Shown one piece after another: positions 42,432 to 50,765 of a DNA stretch of 51,354 nucleotides. This DNA comes from a virus: the IMG/VR virus record IMGVR_UViG_3300005611_000041; one strand, written 5' to 3'. The stretch's first letter is position 1, and each line of letters starts with the position of its first letter. Both the position numbers and the translations under genes were made by a program. Under the pieces are notes generated by a model. It did not search any database, was not told the DNA's origin, and saw only the letters and a program-made list of their open reading frames with translations.

Positions 42432-42601
42432 TAAACTTTCTCATGAAAATCAAAGCCACGGGTTGCAGCACCGGCACCACGCGCCTTGATTACCTTGATC
42501 TCGCCGCCCATGGTGCGACGAATCAGCTCAGGCGATGTAGGGCCAGATTTGATGCTTTTGGTTGGTGACTCAACCTTCTTGATTCTGCTCATATCTTTCA
42601 T
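42431..42601 (-). CDS. Small basic protein (56 aa, MKDMSRIKKVESPTK...IKARGAGAATRGFDFHEKV)
   Basis: Below the ORF-track cutoff. GAGGAA SD and a TGATG overlap with the upstream stop. Confidence 0.4.
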   Translation of the reverse strand: MKDMSRIKKVESPTKSIKSGPTSPELIRRTMGGEIKVIKARGAGAATRGFDFHEKV

Positions 42602-42933
42602 CAGTCTTCCTCGCTTTCTTCAGTTTCTTTCTTCACAGCGGCCTTTTTAGCCGCTTTTTTGATAATAGGCTCTTCCTCGATAACAAGCTCTTCTTGAACC
42701 TCTTCAGCGACCACTGCTTCAACCGCTGGCTCTTCAATTACAGGCGGCTCTTCCCCAGCAATCCTTGCTAGTTTTGCAGCAATCCGAGCATCGCTCTTTC
42801 TTTTCTTCTCAGCGGCATCTTCAGCTTTCTTCTCTGCCAAAGCGATTTCTACTTGCCTAGCAAGCTTTTTGCTTTCGCGCAGCTCTTCTATTCGCTGTCG
42901 CACATAACTTGTTGATGAAATCAAACCAGCCAT
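42601..42933 (-). CDS. K/E/A-rich charged protein (110 aa)
   Basis: ORF track. Immediately downstream of the portal gene. Confidence 0.5.
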   Translation of the reverse strand: MAGLISSTSYVRQRIEELRESKKLARQVEIALAEKKAEDAAEKKRKSDARIAAKLARIAGEEPPVIEEPAVEAVVAEEVQEELVIEEEPIIKKAAKKAAVKKETEESEED

Positions 42934-45437
42934 TATCGGCCTCCCATGTTTTTGTTTTGCATGTCTAGGAGCTTCAGCTCCGCTTGCTGCTCTAGGCGAC
43001 GAAGTGCCACATCAAGCTTATCGTCCGCAACTTCCTTCTGGATGCCAAGGCGCTGCTTAGCAATCTCTGTCTCCAAGAGCTTTTCTTCGGCGCGTTGCTG
43101 TTGCTTGGCCTCAAACTGCTCGTTTTCAGAATCAATGGCCTTTTCTTTCAGCATAAGCTCTTGCTGTCTAATCTGAACCAGAGGATCTGTCTCGTCGCCC
43201 TGACCAATCGACTCAAGCAGTTCTTGCGTCAATTGAGCCAACACTGGCGACGATATCTGCTCGATTTGCATCTGAATTTGGCTTTGCATCTGTTGGAGCT
43301 GCTGGGGGGGCACCTGTCCTGACTGTTGCGCGGCCTGCATTTCTTGCATCTGTTGATTCAGCTCTGGCGGTATCTGGTCTTGAACCATCTGACCTGCCAT
43401 GAACTGCAAGTGCTGCATCATATGACCAATAACCATGCCTTGTAACGGCGGATTCTGCTTAACCACGTCGGTCAAAAACAACGACCTATGAGCATCGATG
43501 TGAGCTTGATGGTTCTGTGGCTCAAACGCTTGCGCTGGTTGCCCCATCAAAAAGCCACTATTTTCTATGCCTGCATCAACCGGCATTGGCTGTGGCGGCG
43601 GGGCTGGCGGCTGTATGAGGCTGTCCACATCATCAACGCCGAGAGCCGAGTACATGCGCCTGTACGCCTCATAGATGCCCTGTGGCCCGTGTAGCTCAGG
43701 GTTAGATTGCACCATCGTTAGCAGCTCTTGAGCCATTGTGATGCGCTGTGATTGGCTGAAGATATTGGGATCTGATACAGGGATGACATCAACTCGGCCA
43801 TCAAAATCTTGACCCATAATTTCTTGTGGGCCGTTGCGCGAGACATATGGATAGCTGGGTGGCAGATACTCGGCAAATACCTTGGCAAGAAGCTGAAATT
43901 CTAGCTTTTGACTATAGTGCAGGCGTTTGTGTATCGCGCTCATGACCTTGGTGCCACGCTCCAGCAGAGCCACTGTGGTGCCCACTGGCATGGCTTGGTT
44001 CATGTCACCGACATTCATGTCAGCTATCGACGCAAACCGCTTACCAGACTCTACAAGCAGCCCCAAGAGCTGCATAAGCACGTTGCTGGGTTCTTTGATA
44101 GGCAGCGGTATCAAGTTTTCGCGCAATGACGCGCCTGTGGTGTCAATGTCTCGGAACTCACCCGGTTGTAGTGGGCTGTCCTCGTCACGAATACGCATAC
44201 CGCGAGCCTTGAAGCCTGCCGGTAGATTCGCCAAGGTGCCTGCATCAATTAGCTGGCGCAGGATCGACGTGGCCGACTTAGAGATGCCACCGATCATGTG
44301 CGACAGACCCAAACCGTAGAATCCAAGGCCCGGCAAAAACTTGTACTGCACGAAGAAGTTGATCTTAGCCTTGCGCGGGTCAGTCTCGATGTAGTTGCGT
44401 CTGATCGACAAAACTTTTTGGCTTCCTTCGTCTATCGTGACGATGTACGGCAGCTTCAAGCCTGTAGGCTCGCCATCTTCCCCAACATCTTCAAAGCCGG
44501 GGATGTCCAGAATCGTGTGCGTCTCAAAAACGACGTGATCACGGTCTTCTTGATACGAAGGCTCCATGCCCTCAATCTCGTCAATCTGCTCCTCGATGTC
44601 GCTTCGGCTGACGGTCATAGAACCGCCCTTCAACTCGACATCGGCATAAAAACCGTTGATCTGCTGCTTTTTGATCTCGTTACGGCTCATGTTGAGAACG
44701 TGCGTCACACGCTCTGCGCTGAACAGATCGGTGGCCTCGTAAGGGACAATAAGGTCTTGAGGCTCGATGAACTTGCTCATTGCACGGCTTGTGCCAGTGT
44801 CGAAGTACACCTTCTTGAAAGCCGAGCCTGCGAGCGGCAGATAGAACAGGAGCATATCCAGCTCTGGGTCGTACTCTTCCATGATGTTCATGATGTAGTA
44901 GTTCATGAAGTCTTGGACGCGACCAGCCTGCATTTCGACCTCTGGGCTGCGTACCCCCACGATTTCGGTCTTAACCGGCCCCTTCGCGGGTAGCAGTTCT
45001 TTATACGCCTGCGCCTGAAACTGTGTGACCGATTCCGCCAAGATCGGGTGAATAACGCCGCTTGAGCCTTCAAAGGGCTGGCTGCGGGACTCATCGAATT
45101 TCATGCCCAGATACTTCAAACCATCGGTGTAGGTCTTCTCCCACTCGCTACGGCTTTCTTTGTCTGATTTGATAGAGCCAATAACATCGCTCGCCAGCTT
45201 GGATAAATCACTGTCTGAGATGAAATCAACCAAGTTGGCGTTGAAGTCGGTGGCTATCTGCTCTTCAACAGCGTCGATCTCGTCATCGACCAAGATTTCT
45301 TCTTCACGCACCAATATCTCGGCTGCGTTGCGGATCTCGTCGTTGCGAGTCATCTCAGGCTCGATCTCCATCGCGCTGCCCATCGGCATCACATCAGGAT
45401 CGTTCTCGGTGCCTAAGCCTTTTTTCTCAATAGCCAT
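42933..45437 (-). CDS. Portal protein (834 aa) with a long Q-rich C-terminal coiled coil
   Basis: Directly follows terL with overlapping start and stop. The size and the C-terminal barrel-like helix fit a portal. The call is by position and composition. Confidence 0.75.
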   Translation of the reverse strand: MAIEKKGLGTENDPDVMPMGSAMEIEPEMTRNDEIRNAAEILVREEEILVDDEIDAVEEQIATDFNANLVDFISDSDLSKLASDVIGSIKSDKESRSEWEKTYTDGLKYLGMKFDESRSQPFEGSSGVIHPILAESVTQFQAQAYKELLPAKGPVKTEIVGVRSPEVEMQAGRVQDFMNYYIMNIMEEYDPELDMLLFYLPLAGSAFKKVYFDTGTSRAMSKFIEPQDLIVPYEATDLFSAERVTHVLNMSRNEIKKQQINGFYADVELKGGSMTVSRSDIEEQIDEIEGMEPSYQEDRDHVVFETHTILDIPGFEDVGEDGEPTGLKLPYIVTIDEGSQKVLSIRRNYIETDPRKAKINFFVQYKFLPGLGFYGLGLSHMIGGISKSATSILRQLIDAGTLANLPAGFKARGMRIRDEDSPLQPGEFRDIDTTGASLRENLIPLPIKEPSNVLMQLLGLLVESGKRFASIADMNVGDMNQAMPVGTTVALLERGTKVMSAIHKRLHYSQKLEFQLLAKVFAEYLPPSYPYVSRNGPQEIMGQDFDGRVDVIPVSDPNIFSQSQRITMAQELLTMVQSNPELHGPQGIYEAYRRMYSALGVDDVDSLIQPPAPPPQPMPVDAGIENSGFLMGQPAQAFEPQNHQAHIDAHRSLFLTDVVKQNPPLQGMVIGHMMQHLQFMAGQMVQDQIPPELNQQMQEMQAAQQSGQVPPQQLQQMQSQIQMQIEQISSPVLAQLTQELLESIGQGDETDPLVQIRQQELMLKEKAIDSENEQFEAKQQQRAEEKLLETEIAKQRLGIQKEVADDKLDVALRRLEQQAELKLLDMQNKNMGGR

Positions 45438-46921
45438 CAGTAATATACCTGCCTGTCACGCCTCAAAAACTCAGCCTCTTCAGGGTAATCGCCTTGCAAG
45501 CTCAAAAATCCACCTTGCCGAAACCGCATCAGCGCCATCGTTGCCGAGTCACAGTAGTCATCATTATCGCCAAACGGGAAGCTTGCCATCTCTTCAATAA
45601 CCTCTTCAGCAAAGCTTTCGTCTGGTGCCCACACCATGCCGCTTTCAAAAATGGGGGCGACACTGTTCATTCTTGCGATCTTATCTTGACCTCTTGACGG
45701 TGTATAGGCTGTCACAGGGATACCCATGCGCCGAAGCTCTTGAGTCAAGGGTGTTCCGCTGGCCTTTGCCTCGATCAAAACGCAGTCTGGCTCCCAGTAC
45801 TTGTACTCCTCGTAAGCCAGCCTTTTCAGCTCAGGGAAGTCTAATCTCACGCGCTTTGCGTCCAGCAGAATCAACGCTTGAGTGTCCTGATCTGGCGATT
45901 GAAATATCGCCCACGTCGTGATGGCAGAGTAGTCAGCGGTTTCTTTCTTGCTGAAAGCGGTATCGTAGCTCTGAATCACATAGTCGTAAGCAGGCACCCA
46001 CTCGTTTTCCCACTTACGCCACCATTCGCGCTTCACGATAGAGCCAGCTTCAGCCGTCGGGTTTTGCATCCACTGGCTATTCCACTTGCTGATTGGCAGT
46101 GAGGCTTTGACAGAAAGCAGCTCTTCTTTCTTCCAAAACTCTGGCCAGAGCGGAGTATCAGACTCAGGCATGATGGCTGGAAACTCGACAACGTCCCATT
46201 GATCGGCGTGATCGTCACCTTGTTTTTTGAGCACCTTGCCGACAAGGTCTTTGGTGCTCCAGCGCGTCATTACGATGATGATGATGCCGCCCGGCTGTAG
46301 ACGCTGACGCGGCCCTGACGTGTACCACTCGTAAGCCGACTCCATCGCAGTAGGCGACATCGCGTCTTGCTCTGAATGCGGATCGTCAATGATTAAAAGG
46401 TCAGCACCGCGACCCGTGATAGCGCCGCCAACGCCTGCGTAGAACGATTCACCTTCTTGGTTAGTCGTCCATCGGCCAGCAGACTTGTTGTCCGCCTGCA
46501 ATTGTAGGTCTGGAAATATTTGAGAGTAATCATCCGAGTCGATGATATTTCTGACTTTCCTGCCGAATCTAACCGCCAGCTCAGCCGTGTGCGTGGTTTG
46601 AATGATCTTGAGATCACCCTTTCGCCCCATCATCCAAGCAGGAAAGTAAGTACTCGCAAACTCAGACTTAGAGTGTCGAGGGGGCAAGCAGACGATCAGG
46701 CGCTTGAGTTTGCCCTGCGCAATCTTGTTGAACTTATCCCCAATAATTTTGTGATGACGGCCCAAGATGCACTCAGGCCACATATGCTTGACGAACTCAA
46801 TGAAATCGCCCTGACACTTATCCTGCTTTTCCATCTGGTCATAGCGGGACAGCAGTGCCAAGGCTTCGTTCTGATCTTGCTCCGATAGAATCTCAAAATC
46901 TTTGAGCGAAAGATCAGACAT
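45437..46921 (-). CDS. terL: Terminase large subunit
   Basis: ATPase motifs LPPRHSKSE and ADLLIIDDPHSE. C-terminal RNase-H-like nuclease (VIQSYDTAFS ..., IEAKASG, GDNDDYCDS). Confidence 0.9.
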   Translation of the reverse strand: MSDLSLKDFEILSEQDQNEALALLSRYDQMEKQDKCQGDFIEFVKHMWPECILGRHHKIIGDKFNKIAQGKLKRLIVCLPPRHSKSEFASTYFPAWMMGRKGDLKIIQTTHTAELAVRFGRKVRNIIDSDDYSQIFPDLQLQADNKSAGRWTTNQEGESFYAGVGGAITGRGADLLIIDDPHSEQDAMSPTAMESAYEWYTSGPRQRLQPGGIIIIVMTRWSTKDLVGKVLKKQGDDHADQWDVVEFPAIMPESDTPLWPEFWKKEELLSVKASLPISKWNSQWMQNPTAEAGSIVKREWWRKWENEWVPAYDYVIQSYDTAFSKKETADYSAITTWAIFQSPDQDTQALILLDAKRVRLDFPELKRLAYEEYKYWEPDCVLIEAKASGTPLTQELRRMGIPVTAYTPSRGQDKIARMNSVAPIFESGMVWAPDESFAEEVIEEMASFPFGDNDDYCDSATMALMRFRQGGFLSLQGDYPEEAEFLRRDRQVYY

Positions 46922-47363
46922 TTTCCCAAGCGTCTCCTTGGAAAAGCAGCGCCTCTGCTTCGCGCCTTCGGATCAAACCGTCTAATACCTTGCCGCCAGC
47001 CTTATTCCATCGACGAATCTGGTGTGGCACGTCCGCCATGTCACCTTCATTCAAACGCTTGAGTAGCGTGGAGGATTTTAGGTTGGTTGGGCCAAGGTTG
47101 TATGTCCAAGCCACTAGCGCGTCAAACTGACTTTGCGTCAGCTCTGCATCAACCAGCTCGTTGACGTAACCCTCGAACTCCTGCAAATCATCGATAAGCA
47201 TTTCTTCGGCTTGCGCTTGTGTGCATGTGTCGCCTTCGCTAATGCCTCTTGTGTGGCCGTAGCCAATCGTCCAGACGTTGGCGGAGCACTGATAAGCATC
47301 CAGCTCGCAGCCCTCAAACTTCTTAATCAGGGCTATTCCTTCCTCGCTCGTCACTCTCATCAT
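46914..47363 (-). CDS. Endolysin, GH24 (T4/P22-type lysozyme)
   Basis: IKKFEGCELDAYQCSANVWTIGYGHT carries the catalytic E/D/T triad context. The ORF-track N-terminal extension was trimmed. Confidence 0.9.
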   Translation of the reverse strand: MMRVTSEEGIALIKKFEGCELDAYQCSANVWTIGYGHTRGISEGDTCTQAQAEEMLIDDLQEFEGYVNELVDAELTQSQFDALVAWTYNLGPTNLKSSTLLKRLNEGDMADVPHQIRRWNKAGGKVLDGLIRRREAEALLFQGDAWENV

Positions 47364-47724
47364 CGAGTTCCTCGTCCAAATTTTTGTAGTATTGTACAAT
47401 ACTGAGCACTTGGCGTATGTATCTTTTAACTTCCGCCATGTTTGCCGAAAGGTTCTCATAGCCTTTGGTCGATAAGCCATAGTAAGCGTTTGTCGGAGCG
47501 TTGCCTTCGTTGAGATCGTCAAGATATTCCTGCATGGTCTCAGGCGTGAGAACCTTCCACTCCACAGGTAGCGTAGAGATCGCGTTTGGCAGGGGTGGGT
47601 GATAAACAGCGGCTGGCTGCGTGACGGTAACCACCTCGACCTTTTTCGTTTCAGGGACGTATGGCTCTCGACCCAGTAGCCCACAACCGCTAAGAAGCAG
47701 GATCGGTAATAGCTTCCAAATCAC
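47323..47724 (-). CDS. Outer-membrane lipoprotein, putative o-spanin (133 aa)
   Basis: Lipobox LLLSGC after a signal sequence. Overlaps the i-spanin 3' end by 35 nt. Unusually long for an o-spanin. Confidence 0.5.
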   Translation of the reverse strand: MIWKLLPILLLSGCGLLGREPYVPETKKVEVVTVTQPAAVYHPPLPNAISTLPVEWKVLTPETMQEYLDDLNEGNAPTNAYYGLSTKGYENLSANMAEVKRYIRQVLSIVQYYKNLDEELDDESDERGRNSPD

Positions 47725-48088
47725 TCAGAACCCCCTTCGTGCCACGGTTGATGATGTTTTCGATCAGACCCGGTTTGCGCAGCGACAGCACATTCATATC
47801 GTGCTTTGCGAACTTTTTTCTGATCGACTCCACCTCTTGCTGGGCCTGTGCGTTAGCAGCCTGAAGTTCATTTACTCGATTCAATATGCGCTGCTGGCGC
47901 TCTTCCGCCTCAGTAAGCTGGTTGTTCAAGTTGGATATGCTGTTTTCTAGGACTAATTCGTTTTCGGCGGCAACGCGAATCTTGGTAGCCATTGCCTCTT
48001 TCTCAGCCTCAGTCTTGTCCGCATACATCTTGAAAGCTCCGCCCGTGAGAACCAAGGCCACGCCCAGAACACCCGCTATTTGCCACAT
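47690..48088 (-). CDS. Putative i-spanin (132 aa)
   Basis: N-terminal TM helix (WQIAGVLGVALVLTGGAF) followed by a coiled coil. The ATG at 48088 has an AGGAAA SD. Confidence 0.55.
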   Translation of the reverse strand: MWQIAGVLGVALVLTGGAFKMYADKTEAEKEAMATKIRVAAENELVLENSISNLNNQLTEAEERQQRILNRVNELQAANAQAQQEVESIRKKFAKHDMNVLSLRKPGLIENIINRGTKGVLSDLEAITDPAS

Positions 48089-48089
48089 G

Positions 48090-48416
48090 CTATTTCCTAT
48101 TTGACCATGCCTGTGCGCCAAAAAACGCAGCTAGGATGCCTGCAACACTCACAAAATAAACTGCTGCCATATCGCCCAGAATCGAGGCCGCTTGATTCAT
48201 GCCAAAGAACTCACTGACAACCACAAGGCTTGGGTATAGCAACATGCCCCATAGCGCAAACCAACTCATAGCACGTTGAGCATCTGCTCGTTCATGCTGA
48301 AGTCGCAGTTCTTGCAACTCTTTGCTCGTCTGCAACTCTTCGTCAGTGACGATACCGTCGCCATCCGCATCGTATTCGGCGTATTCGCTACCTTCCTCTA
48401 GCCGTTTTGCGCTCAC
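48090..48416 (-). CDS. Two-TM membrane protein with an N-terminal EF-hand loop; holin candidate (108 aa)
   Basis: DADGDGIVTDEEL satisfies every position of the canonical EF-hand loop pattern. Two hydrophobic helices follow. It sits directly upstream of the spanins and endolysin. Confidence 0.55.
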   Translation of the reverse strand: MSAKRLEEGSEYAEYDADGDGIVTDEELQTSKELQELRLQHERADAQRAMSWFALWGMLLYPSLVVVSEFFGMNQAASILGDMAAVYFVSVAGILAAFFGAQAWSNRK

Positions 48417-49204
48417 AGAGAATCACCGTTTCGTATGTAGATAATATCAAGGCTTGCCGATACCGCTATGTCGGCACCTGAAGAATCGCCTATGCAGCGA
48501 ATTTCTATGTCTGTTTTTTCTGTAAACTTCAACGGGATGGTGTAAGTCTGATGCAAAACGCCGTTATCGAGTACGTGTTTGTCTTTAGTCTGAAACACTT
48601 CACCAAAGGGGCGCGCAACCAGATGAATAGTTGCGTATTTGTTGTTTTGCGCCGTAGCGGCAGTTACGTCTTTTTGAAGCAAATAGGCTGTGTAGTCTGC
48701 TGGAACCGTCCACAGCGCCATAAGCGTCTGATTGTCCCCTGCTGCAATCGTTGCATACTTCTCAGCAGGGACGCCTGATGTCACAGTGCCATCACCTGCA
48801 TAAATAACACCCGCATTTTGACCACCAGACCCAGCGGTATTTACCACCATTCGATTGATGCGGATGTACGTTTTAGTGGTGTTTACAGCGGTTTGCCCGT
48901 TCAGGGTTACTGTTTCGCTTACCTCTGCATAGTTAGCATCTAAGCCAGACAAGGTAACAGTACGGGCACCCGTTCCTGCTGATGTATCATTCGTGGAAGA
49001 ACTAGATACTTTCAACACCGTTGCAGTTTCGATGTAGCTATACAACCCGCCTTGCGCCCACACCGTCTCTAAGGCGTCATCAACATCTGGATTAAACCCA
49101 AACTTGAAGATGGCTTCATGCCATCCGATTTGACCGCGCTTGACCTGTAGCTCAAAAGGCTCGGTAGTGCCTACGCGACTGATTGATGAAATTTCTCTGC
49201 TCAT
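48413..49204 (-). CDS. Beta-rich structural-type protein (263 aa)
   Basis: ORF track. FELQV..GQI.G......FGFNPDVD....VW..GG.Y pattern seen in other phage virion proteins (memory). Confidence 0.5.
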   Translation of the reverse strand: MSREISSISRVGTTEPFELQVKRGQIGWHEAIFKFGFNPDVDDALETVWAQGGLYSYIETATVLKVSSSSTNDTSAGTGARTVTLSGLDANYAEVSETVTLNGQTAVNTTKTYIRINRMVVNTAGSGGQNAGVIYAGDGTVTSGVPAEKYATIAAGDNQTLMALWTVPADYTAYLLQKDVTAATAQNNKYATIHLVARPFGEVFQTKDKHVLDNGVLHQTYTIPLKFTEKTDIEIRCIGDSSGADIAVSASLDIIYIRNGDSL

Positions 49205-49207
49205 AAC

Positions 49208-49414
49208 CTAATCCCACGTCTTCGTATTGGCTGGCACCCGTTTCGGTATGCAGTAAGCCGTTATGTTTTCTTGCATCTGATAGCGGTTGTTGATCTTGGT
49301 TTTACCCGTCGAAATGTAATACGCAAACGTGTTACACCGTGTGATGTCCCGGAAGTAAAACTGATCTGCTATTGGCTCCCCGTTTACCACCACAACCAGC
49401 AAAAAGGCCATCAT
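49208..49414 (-). CDS. Small protein with an N-terminal hydrophobic anchor (68 aa)
   Basis: ATGA overlap with the upstream stop. Begins MMAFLLVVVVNG. Confidence 0.45.
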   Translation of the reverse strand: MMAFLLVVVVNGEPIADQFYFRDITRCNTFAYYISTGKTKINNRYQMQENITAYCIPKRVPANTKTWD

Positions 49415-49863
49415 TTTCTTGTCAGCCAACCTATCAGCAGTGCCAGCGTCATGGGCAGAAGAAACAAAAGCACACCAGCAATAGCGGCGTATTCTTTAAC
49501 TTCTTTCCAAAACTTCTTTTTAGCTGCCGCCTTCCTAGCCAACTCAAGCTGTTTCTGCTTGCGAGCCTCTGCCATCGCCTGCATAGCTTCTTGGTATAGC
49601 TGTCCGTTACCGCTGACGGTAAACAGATCCTTGATCTCCTTCATGGTTTCTTGAATCTGCTTTTTTGCCAAGGCAGCCTTAACAGCATCAGCCTCTGACA
49701 GCTTGCCCTCGTTTTGGGCGCGCTGTAGCTCTACCTCGGCACCACCTAACGCAGACAAAAACCCAGAGATCGACTGAATGTCATTAGTGGTCTCCGCGAC
49801 CTGCTTGATCGCACTGGTAGCCGCATTTACGCCAGCTACAATCGCAGCGATCTCGCCAATCAC
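49411..49863 (-). CDS. Coiled-coil protein with a C-terminal TM anchor (150 aa)
   Basis: ORF track. The anchor is AAIAGVLLFLLPMTLALLIGWL. Confidence 0.5.
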   Translation of the reverse strand: MIGEIAAIVAGVNAATSAIKQVAETTNDIQSISGFLSALGGAEVELQRAQNEGKLSEADAVKAALAKKQIQETMKEIKDLFTVSGNGQLYQEAMQAMAEARKQKQLELARKAAAKKKFWKEVKEYAAIAGVLLFLLPMTLALLIGWLTRK

Positions 49864-49865
49864 AT

Positions 49866-50054
49866 TCAGCCGCCCATAAACTGTGGCAAAGCCACCGCGA
49901 TAATCACCGTCGCATAAACACCCCAGATCATCATTTCAAGACGATCAAATCGTTTGCTACCAGAGTCCAGACGCTTTTCGATACCCTCATACCGAATGGC
50001 GCATTCACGCTCATGGGCTTCAATTTGCGCTATGGCCTTCTCTGTAGGGGTCAT
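49866..50054 (-). CDS. Small membrane protein (62 aa, C-terminal TM)
   Basis: ORF track. TM segment MMIWGVYATVIIAVALPQF. Confidence 0.5.
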   Translation of the reverse strand: MTPTEKAIAQIEAHERECAIRYEGIEKRLDSGSKRFDRLEMMIWGVYATVIIAVALPQFMGG

Positions 50055-50212
50055 TTGTCCTTAGCCTTACCGATGTTGATAGCGAGCAGATCAATGAAGC
50101 GATACAGTTTCGCAATCCACTCATCATCTTTCGGTGTCGGGGTGCTTGCAGCAATTAACGATGCGATTGTGACAATCGTCGTGACTGTGGTAACTAGAGT
50201 AAGCAAGTCCAT
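50051..50212 (-). CDS. Small membrane protein (53 aa, MDLLTLVTTVTTIVTIASLIAASTPTPKDDEWIAKLYRFIDLLAINIGKAKDK)
   Basis: Below the ORF-track cutoff. TAATG and ATGA overlaps on both sides. The TP..DDEW...LA.N.GKAK motif is seen in small phage membrane proteins (memory). Confidence 0.45.
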   Translation of the reverse strand: MDLLTLVTTVTTIVTIASLIAASTPTPKDDEWIAKLYRFIDLLAINIGKAKDK

Positions 50213-50448
50213 TACTGCACCACTTCTGCTTCTGGCTCTCCATCTTCAGCAGGCTTAACTGCATTGACGATAGCGTCACCGTAAGCATTCAGCACAACTT
50301 GACGCTCGTTGATCTGCATTTGCAAACGTGCGATTTCTTGCCGGATTTCAGCAACACGCGCAACGTGCATTTGAGTCTCAACGGTCAGGTCTGACACGTT
50401 ATGCTCTTCGTCGTTAATGACAATCTTTTGTTCTTCGCTCATTACCAA
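50212..50448 (-). CDS. Hypothetical acidic protein (78 aa)
   Basis: ORF track. Confidence 0.5.
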   Translation of the reverse strand: MVMSEEQKIVINDEEHNVSDLTVETQMHVARVAEIRQEIARLQMQINERQVVLNAYGDAIVNAVKPAEDGEPEAEVVQ

Positions 50449-50765
50449 GGTACTCCGTTAGCGGTTGCTGGTGTAATTTGCCCGTCAATGTCGAGTTGCA
50501 GTGATGCTTCGATAACGTCTTGGTCAACGTCAGCCTGCACCCAGCCAATGACATCCGCTTCAGTTAGGTCGTCGTAAGCAATATAATCAGGTGAGGTGGG
50601 ATCAGGCGTGAAGCCGCACGTCCCGTAGGACGAAGCGTTGTAGGTGTTGTCACCATCTACCTGCTCTGCGTTGCATCTCCAGTGAGCGACTACGACAGCG
50701 CCGTTCATATCTTCGGGTAAAAGGTCTCGTTCAAGGGTTGAGATGACCCATGTGAAAGTAGCCAT
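50442..50765 (-). CDS. Hypothetical protein downstream of the fibre gene (107 aa)
   Basis: ORF track. Its ATG overlaps the fibre stop. Confidence 0.5.
   Translation of the reverse strand: MATFTWVISTLERDLLPEDMNGAVVVAHWRCNAEQVDGDNTYNASSYGTCGFTPDPTSPDYIAYDDLTEADVIGWVQADVDQDVIEASLQLDIDGQITPATANGVPW

Noticed and set aside
46914-47684. The 256-aa version of the endolysin ORF and the 761-aa version of the primase ORF (12293..14578)
   Set aside because: The N-terminal extensions overlap upstream genes or the divergent promoter gap and have nonsense-like composition. Internal ATGs with an SD or coupling signal (47363 and 14443) begin the recognisable domains.
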